Positions 22,518 through 32,256 of a DNA stretch of 64,000 nucleotides are shown piece by piece. The stretch is from Epithemia pelagica (Eukaryota > Protista > Bacillariophyta). Below the pieces are notes generated by a model. The model saw nothing but the letters and a program-made list of their open reading frames with translations. It was not told the origin of the DNA and searched no databases. Where the stretch lies: the NCBI GenBank assembly GCA_946965045.2, contig OX337230.1:2108001-2172000 (forward strand), given 5' to 3'. The number at the start of each line of letters is the position of its first letter. Within the stretch, counting starts at the first letter, position 1. A program made the translations under genes and the position numbers.

Positions 22518-22652
22518 GGCTTTCCGCTAGCACGGTAGCAAGGCTTGGGCTCCTAGAAAACTATTTCGCCCAACACCAGCTACTCGTCTAGCTATCATCT
22601 ATCACAAGCCAAGGACGGTTGAGGTAGCACGCAACTGAAGTGGCGATAGCCA
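22518..22652 (+). repeat. Split direct repeat B1 of YR retrotransposon 1
   Basis: Matches 22811-22938 plus 24348-24373. B2 also carries a 19-bp internal tandem duplication at its start. Confidence 0.9.
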
Positions 22653-22792
22653 TTGTTGTTGCGTGCGGACGATTGACGGACGACGCGCGTGCCCGTCCAG
22701 CAAAGCAACCCGGGTGTCACACACATCGCACAGAGCCAAGTCTCATTCTTTTTCTTGCCGTCACGAGAGACCGTTCGGAATAGAATAGATTA
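22653..22792 (+). repeat. Split direct repeat A2 of YR retrotransposon 1
   Basis: Identical to 16769-16908. Confidence 0.95.
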
Positions 22793-22938
22793 ACCCGCCC
22801 TACCCGCCCTGGCTTTCTGCTAGCACGGTAGCATTCCGCTAGCACGGTAGCAAGGCTTGGGCTCCTAGAAAACTATTTCGCCCAACACCAGCTACTCGTC
22901 TAGCTATCATCTATCACAAGCCAAGGACGGTTGAGGTA

Positions 22939-23538
22939 AGGGCTGGGTAAGCCGATCCATGTTCGGCTAAGTAGGCTCAGTACAAAAGCTACGTAGAGTA
23001 CATAAAATCAAATAGTACACGTCACGCCGGAAATGGTCGGAATTTCAAAAAAATGCAAAAACGCTCGACAATGATGGCGAGATCCGGTGACGCCGTATGC
23101 ATTCACCCATGCATCGCATAAACATCCAACCACCGTAAGTCCTTGATCTTTACCTTTGAAATTTTAAAATTACAAAAGATTTGCCAAGTTGGCTGAAAAG
23201 GTACGCTCATTTTTCTGCAGTGATGAAATCAAACGACCGCCCTAACTCATTCATTTTTCAAGGGTGCCTGAATCAAAGTGAAAGCAAAGTTGCTCTAGTA
23301 GTAAAGATTCTTATTGTAAAAGTGATTCAGGCAGGCTCAATTGTTCAGGAAGTTATTGCCATGGGGGTGATGACTTCCACCATTGTCGAGCGATGGCTTC
23401 CAATTTGCATTGTTTCTCGTGGCAGCAAGTTTTCAATTTGAGACCATCCGCCCCACTTGTTACACTGATGAAAATAGTACTACGTAGCTTAATGTACTGA
23501 GCCTACCTAGCCGAACATGGATCGGCTTACCCAGCCCT
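22939..23538. mobile_element. MITE-1 (non-autonomous TIR element, 600 bp) inserted in B2
   Basis: TIR AGGGCTGGGTAAGCCGATCCATGTTCGGCTA[A/G]GTAGGCTCAGTACA (about 45 bp, 1 mismatch, extending imperfectly to about 58 bp). TA duplicated at 22937-22938 and 23539-23540. No credible ORF. Confidence 0.9.
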
Positions 23539-23540
23539 TA

Positions 23541-24344
23541 GGCTATCTCCACCCGAGCGCCGCTATGCTGACGTATTGGGGCTTTCTGATTGGCCTCGCT
23601 ATCCGGATAGCGGATTAGCGGAGCCAAAGGGAAATAAACTCCACGATCTCCGTTAAAAGAACGCCGCTATCTCGCGTTGCGCGTACGCATTGCGCATATG
23701 CCCTCTCTTGTTTCGGTTAAAAAGGGGTGCGACCGCGGAAGTTGCGGAATTCAAACAAGACAATCAACGAGAGCACAAAGCATAAACCAAAGATGGAGGA
23801 CCCGTTGTTCTCCCTCTTCATTGTTGACTGTCATGGTGAATCATGTTGTTGTTCATGGCCAATGTAGATGTAGGTTGTAGGTTGTAGGTTGCAGTCCAAT
23901 CTTCCTATTCCCTGTCCGATTTCCGACTGATTGTCTGATAATTGATAATCGAACTCATCAATAGTTTGAATGATGCATTTGTTTGATTGTTGCATTCCTT
24001 CCGATCCGTGATCCTCGAATCGTCTTGCTGTGCATGGTTCTTGTCCCATTGTAGGAAGTAGGGAACACAACAATGGAAAAAGAGATGGTAAGCGATCGTC
24101 ACAATCAATACGTGTCATTGCCATGTTTTCGACACGAGAGATTCAAAGTTTCACTGTTGGCAGCAGACGTTAATTTATTTATGCCGACGGTTATATTTTG
24201 CTCCGCTATCCGCTATTTTCCCCGCTATTCGGGGCCCTAAATAGCGGCAAAAATAGCGGATGGCGGAGCTGTTTAGCGGTTAGAGGAGATGGTGGAGTTC
24301 GATAGCGGTTTTGGGGCCTTTAGCGGGCCCGGGTGGAGATAGCC
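23541..24344. mobile_element. MITE-2 copy a (Harbinger/Tourist-like, 804 bp, TTA target duplication)
   Basis: 15-bp perfect TIR GGCTATCTCCACCCG. TTA at 23538-23540 and 24345-24347. Twelve subterminal CCGCTA/TAGCGG motifs. Near-identical copy at 30698-31490. Confidence 0.93.
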
Positions 24345-24590
24345 TTAGCACGCAACTGAAGTGGCGATAGCCAGGGGAGATCTTTCGTTGATTTGTCGCC
24401 ACAAAGAAACGCGGAAATTCTGCGAACTGTGTTTGGCAGAGGTTGTATTCGTTTGGCATTTGGCATTTTCCCTTCAAAAGACACATCCATCAAAAGACAC
24501 ATTCAAATCTATACTTGTAACTTGTAAGCTCTGGATTGTGGAAAGCGACCCAACAAAAATTCGACTGGTAATCTCTGGAGGGAACAGAAA

Positions 24591-26376
24591 ATGAAATCAG
24601 AGGGTCAACGCTCCTTGTGGGTCGGACGGTTCTCCCTTGTCCTACTACTACTTGGCCTGGAAGCATGTCATGGATTTGTACCGCGACTCTTGGAACCGAC
24701 AATGACAAGAATCCATTCGTGGAGGTTCATGGCATTAGGTTCGCGAGATGCGAAATCCACGAGCTCACAGAATTGGTACGAAGCGGTCTTTGGACGGGCC
24801 TCGAGTCGATCGGCATGGTGGGCGTCAGCTCCGTCGCCCACTCCACCTGCTCCCGTTCGTTCGTCGTCATTGCTTCTCCTTCACGGAAAGCAACGACCAC
24901 GAGACGATGATGGTGACGAAGAAGAGTTCTTTGACTTTAAGAGCTACGAAGAAGCCTTGATCCACAATCAACGACGGACCGATGTTCGCATCTTTTTGAC
25001 ACAACGCTCCCTCCAATCCTTTATTTATCTTCTCTTGTCATGTCGCGATCCTCATACCGTCAAATGGTTGGAGGTAAGCCTGGTAATAGCTCTTGCTGTT
25101 CTTGCTATAAGGATTACGTTCTCAAATGTCATTTTCTCTTTGGTCCTACTGGTTGCTTCCAAAACAGAAAACCTATGACTTTGCCAATTTGGAAAGTTAC
25201 CATGGTACAGGTGCCTTGAATTTGACGCGCTTTGATACCTGGGATGCCCTCTTATTAGATTTGGTGCAACGCCCCAACGAGGTGGTGGTGGTCGCAGCCC
25301 GTCGTCGAGGACGAGGCCATGGGGGATGGTCGTCGGACAACCCTAATTTGGAAGCCAAACGCTTTGTCGAATTTGAAATTGACATTGAGCCGGCTTCCTT
25401 GGTGTCACGCCTCGTGTCGGTCCGACAACAAATTGCCCAAGAATGGGTCGCCGATTTGGACACCCTCATGGCCGTCAATGAACTCATTTTGGAATCCTAT
25501 CATGCAACCCAAAATCAACAACGACAAGAAGAAACTCAAAAACGGCGACAAGAAATGGCCGATATGGAACTTCAAGCACAAGAGGATGATTTTCTCCTCG
25601 ATGATGACGCGGAGGAAGAAGAGGAAGATGGGGATCTAGAGGAAGAGGATGATAATAACAATCCCATTAGTGTGGAAGATTTGACGTCTCCCTATTCGGG
25701 AATGTCAGCAGATGGTGACGATAAGGGTTTCCATCAACAGCATCCCTTTGAGCGTCCTCGTCGTGGTCGACAAGCCTATGAAAGTATGGCCAACGTTTAT
25801 CTGAACAATAAAATGATGGAGCACGAAACACTAACTGGACGTCCTTCATCGCCCCAACGCAAGGGAAGCTTTGATCTCTTGTCTTTGTTGGCGACACAGG
25901 AAGCCGTCCATGTAGTTTTGCGACACTATATGGAGCAAGGCGAAACTCGAAAAGTATCCTTGGACTGGTTGAGGCAATTCTACCGGGATCGAATTGAGTC
26001 TCATTTTGATGGCGATGGACCGTACGGCCGATCCGATGACTTTTTGCAAGACTTGTTACTGTCACCACCGTCGGCCATTTCGGCATCCAGCGGGCAAAAT
26101 GTTTTGGAATTGGTAGATCCTCTGCGCATTGCCGAAGATATCATTATGGCACGGTCCTCCGTGGCAGCCGAATGGAAGGAAATAATGCAAAAAGTCGTCC
26201 CCTCGGATCATATGCAAATGCAAAAATCCATCTTGGCAGTGCGTATGAATGGACCTCTGCAGGCCCTGGCCCATCAAGAACAGGAAAAACAACCCGAATA
26301 TGCCACCCGAAGCAACAACACCGAAGCCTCTTCGTCCTCGTCTTCTTCCACAAGAATCATTGGAGAATTCGAATAA
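24591..26376 (+). CDS. Probable plastid-targeted protein of unknown function; 2 exons (intron 25074-25167)
   Basis: Signal peptide ending ACHG-F-VP (ASAFAP-like bipartite presequence). A 94-nt GTAAGC...ACAG intron joins KWLE to KTYDFANLESYHGTGA in frame. Confidence 0.75.
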
Positions 26377-26644
26377 CGAGCAACTTCTGAAGCATCACGG
26401 AATCTTTCATCGCACTTTCCCAGTTTCTGGTCTTTTTGTCTGTTTTATGTTTTCCTTGTTCCCTGTTTCGACGCACCTCCTTCTACATTCCGCTTGCATT
26501 TCGAACTGCATAACTAACAAGATTCACCGTGTACGTTGCATGACGCTAAACATCTTTATCTACTGCATCTTTTGATGGTACTATAAGCTACTTCTATTGG
26601 TCTCATACAAAAAATCTAACATACAAAACCGTTTGGATGGAACC

Positions 26645-28966
26645 TCAATGGGATCGCGATGATCCATAGTCAAAGACGGATTCTTTTCGTCGCAATGGCA
26701 TTTGTTGCCGTGCTCCCCTGGTGGCGCCAGGTGTCGATGGATCCTCATCATCGTCCTCGTCATCATCGGAAAACCGATCCGTCGAAAGTCTTGTTGTTGT
26801 TGTTCCAGTGTTAGTGTTCGCAGCTGGATCCGCAATGACGTCAGTGTGACTATGAAATTCCGCCGATGGTGTGAGTTGCAAATCTCCACTTGAATTGTCG
26901 ACGTCCAACGTCCGCACAGGTGATACAGATCGTTCGTTGTCACCATGGTTGGCTTCCGAATCACGAATCGCCATATGATTGAAGCTGTCGCCCACGTTGC
27001 CTCCCCGAACCACGCGACGATACAAAAAGTCTTCCCATTGATGAATCCAAGTGGCCGACGAGCCATGCGTAGCTGCATGACGGTCCAAACTGATGGAATC
27101 CTCGTCCACGTTCATCCGAATCTGCAACAAATTTAGCATGCATTCCGTGGTGCTACCCAAACCAAACACAGATACAAGCACTACAATCATGGTCGTCATT
27201 GTAAACTCATCGGCATGGCCAAAAGTATCGGGAAACGATCGTACACAGGCGTACGCGACGGCTCCACGTAGTCCAGAAAACCAGACCATATGTGCCGTGT
27301 TGGGAGCTATTCTCAAATCGTCATTTCCTGTAGCGCCAACGGCTACAGGGTTGTTGGTACTCTCCGTCCCTGGAGCCGTTGTATCGAAGGGATACGATTC
27401 CTTCTTTTCGGTGGGGTTCTGTGGTTGGGGTCCATGATTATTCAACGCTTGTTCTGCTGAGGTAGGTAAGGGTAGGTTGGTAAGTTCGAGGGCAGGTGGT
27501 CGTTGAGGAGCATGTTCACCTGGTCGCGGAGCGGTTCTATTTTCCTCATCTTGAAGGTCCACAGAACTGTTTGAGGCATGATGTTGTTGGACTGGTGCAG
27601 GAGGAGGGGGGAGAGCTACCAGATCCAATATATGGTTGTTTCGGTTACTACAGCATCCCTGTCGTCCAAGACTTTGGTTGTATAGAAAAGTGATGGGGTA
27701 GACATTCGCCGCTCGAGCAATTAAGCAAGCAACAATTGTCCACATGATAAACGCCACATGAATGGAACCTTTCAGGCCAAACACTGACAGTCCAAGTTCC
27801 AAGAAAATGGCAGTTTCTGCTAAATGGCTTGCCAGTCGTATGAGCACATCGGCGTTCTCAGCGGTGGCCGCAGACAAGTTGGGGACCACATACGCTTTGG
27901 CAGCCAGGCCACTGAATAAAATTGTAACAATTCCACTCAATGCAAGTAGTTCCGCCAACAAAAATGGGACATACATGATGAGAATGAAGAGAGACAACTC
28001 CAACAATCGAGTGGGTCGGAAATCAATCTTTTTGAACAACCATGCCGTCGCCAACCCAAACAGCAACCCCAGAGCAGGCGATCCAACGGAATCATACAAG
28101 AACCCCAGAATGAATTCCGACATGCCGACTGCCACCTTTCCTGCTCCATTGTCTTTATGGACAAAATCTTTAAACGCATTGAAGAGAACCAAGGACACGG
28201 CGTCATTCAGCACCGATTCTCCAAACACCAAGTAAAAGAGTTGAGGGTCAACTCGTTTGACTTGAAACACAGCCAACGTTGATACAGGATCTGTGGCACT
28301 CAGGAGAGCTCCAAACGTCAAAAGCTCTGTAAAGGTTGGAATGAAGCTCGTTGATTCCTTTGGCAAAACGTTTTGGCAAACGAGTTGCAGAAGAAGGGCA
28401 ATGACCAAGGCAGATACTAGTGTTCCCACCACGGCAAAAAGACAGATTGGAGTTAAATGACGAAAAAACAATTCTTTTCGGAGGTGATACCCTGAATTGA
28501 AAATAATCGGTGGTAGCAGTACCAAAAAGAAGACGGCGGGAGAAAAATTCAACAATGAAACGGCTACCCATTCTTCTTCACCTCCGGCGGAAGAGGCATT
28601 TCCATCGCCACCGTCATTTGCGCCGTCATCATTGCCATTGTCGTTTCCCCCATTGGTATATGTCGGGGAAGAAGAAGAAGAAGAAGATCCCACAACAAAC
28701 AGGTCAATGATCGCTCCAAAAATCACGCCCGTGATCAGAATCATTCCAGCTTCTGGTACAAAGGCCGCGATGCGTGGATGGTCGTGTAACAACCGAGAAA
28801 ATACCAGAACTACCGCCAAGAGTGCCGAGAACAAGACAAAGTACGCCGAAATGGTCTGCTCTTCCGTTGCGATTTGCTGTTGTTGGGGTTGTGTTTGTCC
28901 AGTGTCGACATCATAGGTTGTGCTGTCATAAAAGCTTGACGACGAAGAGGAAGAATCAGACGACAT
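26645..28966 (-). CDS. Na+/H+ exchanger (CPA1, NHE/NHX family)
   Basis: FFLVLLPPIIFNSGY, FGALLSATDPVSTLAVF, LVFGESVLNDAVS and WFSGLRGAVAYA. Multiple TM helices; 773 aa, single exon. Confidence 0.95.
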   Translation of the reverse strand: MSSDSSSSSSSFYDSTTYDVDTGQTQPQQQQIATEEQTISAYFVLFSALLAVVLVFSRLLHDHPRIAAFVPEAGMILITGVIFGAIIDLFVVGSSSSSSSPTYTNGGNDNGNDDGANDGGDGNASSAGGEEEWVAVSLLNFSPAVFFLVLLPPIIFNSGYHLRKELFFRHLTPICLFAVVGTLVSALVIALLLQLVCQNVLPKESTSFIPTFTELLTFGALLSATDPVSTLAVFQVKRVDPQLFYLVFGESVLNDAVSLVLFNAFKDFVHKDNGAGKVAVGMSEFILGFLYDSVGSPALGLLFGLATAWLFKKIDFRPTRLLELSLFILIMYVPFLLAELLALSGIVTILFSGLAAKAYVVPNLSAATAENADVLIRLASHLAETAIFLELGLSVFGLKGSIHVAFIMWTIVACLIARAANVYPITFLYNQSLGRQGCCSNRNNHILDLVALPPPPAPVQQHHASNSSVDLQDEENRTAPRPGEHAPQRPPALELTNLPLPTSAEQALNNHGPQPQNPTEKKESYPFDTTAPGTESTNNPVAVGATGNDDLRIAPNTAHMVWFSGLRGAVAYACVRSFPDTFGHADEFTMTTMIVVLVSVFGLGSTTECMLNLLQIRMNVDEDSISLDRHAATHGSSATWIHQWEDFLYRRVVRGGNVGDSFNHMAIRDSEANHGDNERSVSPVRTLDVDNSSGDLQLTPSAEFHSHTDVIADPAANTNTGTTTTRLSTDRFSDDDEDDDEDPSTPGATRGARQQMPLRRKESVFDYGSSRSH

Positions 28967-29603
28967 GATACCGCGTCAACTGAAAAGGACTATGGTGTCG
29001 AAATCAATTTCTTTTGTGTGCCAAGCAAGGTTCGAACTTTTCGGACAAGTCGAGCTTTCGAATCTTTTCGACCTCGGGGACCAGATGGATTCGATGGCCG
29101 AAAGGTCTACTAAGGGATCCCTCTTTCGGCGGAACAGTACCACCCCAAAAGCCCAGACAATCACGGTAGTGCTCAATGATCGATCGTCGTGATGATTGTT
29201 GATTGCTCTAGGAGGATTTCTTGTTGAGGACAAGACAAGAACGGTCATAAATAATCTTGAAACGAGAAAAACATGACACTGTTTTTGGGACCAAAAAAAA
29301 TAATGGTGGTGCATGCGCTGTCTGCCTGCTCGTGGGACTGAACATACGTTCTACTCAAACGGGAGTGCCGGCTTGAAGTGAACGCAGGATCAACTCGTTT
29401 CGCCCTGCCGGTGAGGGCACCAAAGGGTGAATCTTTTTGTTTTCTGTTTTGTCGCCTTTTTTTTCGACCACCTCATTTCCCACTATCTTACAGTTACAAA
29501 AACCTTGTGTTACTCCTACTTCGTTCTCTTCATCCTTGTAACGTTCCTTCGTATTATCATGTTTTACTTGATAGAAACCAAAGCAGCTCATCGGGCTCCA
29601 TCC

Positions 29604-30200
29604 ATGCTTCGGTCATCATTTTGCCCGTCCTTGAGGACTGGATCTTCAACGGTTCGAGGTCGTTTCCCCTCCGTGCCCGGTGTGGTTCTTCGGGGATATC
29701 GCGGAGAGGCTACCGAGGCAGATCCACCCGTTCTCTCTCTGGAAGAACAATTGCTCCTGAATACGGCCAAACCCAAGGCTGATTCCATTTTGGCGAGGCA
29801 TCAGCAATTGCCCAAACTGGAAGAAATTCCCGTCCATTCGCTTGGATCTGAGAAGAGCGGCGACGTGAATTCCATTACCGAATTGGATATTCGACGAAAA
29901 CGTCTTGTGTACCGTTCCAAACAACGAGGATGGTTGGAAGTCGATCTTTTATTGGGAACATGGGCTTCCGAACATGTACCGACACTGTCATTGGCTCAAC
30001 TCGACGAATACGAAGTCTTTGTCAACCAAGAAACAATTGATATCTACAACATTATCACCTTGCGAGTCACGGATTTGCCCGAACAGCTTCGAAACAATAC
30101 TGTTGTTCAACAAATTCAGACGTGGGCTCGATCGAGTCCTCTGGGCAAGGCTGATCCAGACAGGTACAAGGAAATGAAACAAAAGTCAAATTTAATCTAG
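29604..30200 (+). CDS. SDHAF2: Succinate dehydrogenase assembly factor 2 (Sdh5), mitochondrial
   Basis: RRKRLVYRSKQRGWLEVDLLLGTWA...LDEYEVFVNQETIDIYNII. Arg/Ser-rich mitochondrial-type presequence from ATG 29604. Confidence 0.92.
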   Translation: MLRSSFCPSLRTGSSTVRGRFPSVPGVVLRGYRGEATEADPPVLSLEEQLLLNTAKPKADSILARHQQLPKLEEIPVHSLGSEKSGDVNSITELDIRRKRLVYRSKQRGWLEVDLLLGTWASEHVPTLSLAQLDEYEVFVNQETIDIYNIITLRVTDLPEQLRNNTVVQQIQTWARSSPLGKADPDRYKEMKQKSNLI

Positions 30201-30697
30201 GTAGATATGTATTTTTTCCTTGGCTTTTTCGAAGAAGTACAGAGTCACCTACGGTAAGCGGTAAGGAAACTGTTCGCTGGGTAGGATCCATAACGTGAGG
30301 AAGCTTGGAACTCTCCTAGCTGGAAGTCATCTCCTTCAAAGTTACTCTTACTCCTAATTGTCGCTTGCAATATATCTCTCTTTCGTCAGCAGTGACGTCA
30401 AATAGGACATTGCATTCATGGGTCGGTACTCAATTTCTTCGTAGTTCGACACATAGTCGTTTTGTTCATTGACATCGCATGTGTTGGCAAAGACTGGAGT
30501 CTGTAGTCCTAGACTGCAGAATACCTCTTTATTCTTTATCCATTCCTCTTTACGACCTCTTCACTCTTTATCCATTACACTCCGAAGGATTAGGAATTAC
30601 TCCTCCCCGGACAGTATTTCTATTTCTAGAGGAGTGTCTATCTACTCCTACAAGGTACTCCTAGGCAGCTAGTTTTCGTCGGTTGTACCTCCGCTTA

Positions 30698-31490
30698 GGC
30701 TATCTCCACCCGGGCCCGCTAAAGGCCCCAAAACCGCTATCGAACTCCACCATCTCCTCTAACCGCTAAACAGCTCCGCCATCCGCTATTTTTGCCGCTA
30801 TTTAGGGCCCCGAATAGCGGGGAAAATAGCGGATAGCGGAGCAAAATATAACCATCGGCATAAATAAATTAACGTCTGCTGCCAACAGTGAAACTTTGAA
30901 TCGCTCGTGTCGAAAACATGGCAATGGCACGTATTGATTGTGACGATCGCTTACCATCTCTTTTTCCATTGTTGTGTTCCCTACTTCCTACATTGGGACA
31001 AGAACCATGCACAGCAAGATGATTCGAGGATCACGGATCGGAAGGAATGCAACAATCAAACAAATGCATCATTCAAACTATTGATGAGTTCGATTATCAA
31101 TTATCAGACAATCAGTCGGAAATCGGACAGGGAATACTGCAACCTACAACCTACAACCTACATCTACATTAGCCATGAACAACAACATGATTCACCATGA
31201 CAGTCAACAATGAAGAGGGAGAACAACGGGTCCTCCATCTTTGGTTTATGCTTTGTGCTCTCGTTGATTGTCTTGTTTGAATTCCGCAACTTCCGCGGTC
31301 GCACCCCTTTTTAACCGAAACAAAAGAGGGCATATGCGCAATGCGTACGCGCAACGCGAGATAGCGGCGTTCTTTTAACGGAGATCGTGGAGTTTATTTC
31401 CCTTTGGCTCCGCTAATCCGCTATCCGGATAGCGAGGCCAATCAGAAAGCCCCAATACGTCAGCATAGCGGCGCTCGGGTGGAGATAGCC
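30698..31490. mobile_element. MITE-2 copy b (793 bp), inverted relative to copy a
   Basis: Same GGCTATCTCCACCCG TIRs. TTA at 30695-30697 and 31491-31493. Reverse complement of 23541-24344 apart from an 11-bp indel and a few substitutions. Confidence 0.95.
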
Positions 31491-32256
31491 TTATCCCAAT
31501 GGGAATCTTTCCATCCCCCGTCACAAAGACAATCCCCCAATACGTCGGGGCAGCCGTAAAAAAATCCATCCGGATCAAAATCTGACTGCGACTCACAGAG
31601 TACTTGACATTCTGAACTATAGATTGCAGTGTAGGAGCGGGAGCAGACAGGAAAGAGCGTTGATGGTTGATGTGCGACTTCGTTAGCGAGACACACAATC
31701 GTGTTAGATCCTCGCCCACCAAGGATCACATTCCTAGTACGAATCAGCAACGGTCCTCTTTCTCACCGGTTTTCGCATGGCCTCTTGTGGCGCATCTTGG
31801 GTGCAGCGGAGCCTGACTGTCCTCTTCTCTTTGTTGGCTTGTTGAAGGAGTTGATTGTGTGTCTTTGGATTTCGGGCAAACGTTGTGGCAACATTGGATC
31901 TTGACGTTGATGTACCCCAGTCACTCGGGGTGAAGAACGCGTCCTGGCGCTACATCTTTTCTATATTCGTATCCGTGCGTGGTTGCCAAGCCCGAGTCAC
32001 CGTGGTCGATAGTACGATCTTGCAACGGCGTGACGACTGGTTAGATCAAGATCCAAAAAGGAGGCTTGCTTCACCGTGGGGGCAGTCGTGGTTGTCCATC
32101 ACTTGCGTTGCCTGCCGTGCGTTCTCATTTGTGATCCTGCGGAGGAACATCCAAAGATTCCTCGGTGGATCCGTCAACCTACAATCTCACGGAACGACCA
32201 CGTCCGCCAATTACCTTGAGACGTGAGGCAAAAGTCTCTACCGCAACGGCTTTACC

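Larger units (their letters stand above)
16769..24373 (+). mobile_element. Tyrosine-recombinase retrotransposon (Ngaro-type split direct repeats A1-ORFs-B1-A2-B2), full length but disabled; B2 interrupted by two MITEs
   Basis: A1 16769-16908 equals A2 22653-22792 (140 bp). B1 22518-22652 matches B2 22811-22938 continued at 24348-24373. Internal gag-like, RT/RNase H and YR ORFs. Confidence 0.92.

Noticed and set aside
16769-22938. A and B repeats as conventional LTRs or a CRISPR array
   Set aside because: There are no TG...CA ends, PBS/PPT or TSD, and only two copies of each repeat in A..B-A-B order with no repeat-spacer periodicity.
23677-24124. Short ORFs inside MITE-2 (repeated at 30907-31354)
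   Set aside because: They have no transposase similarity and differ between the copies at the 11-bp indel, consistent with non-coding MITE interior.
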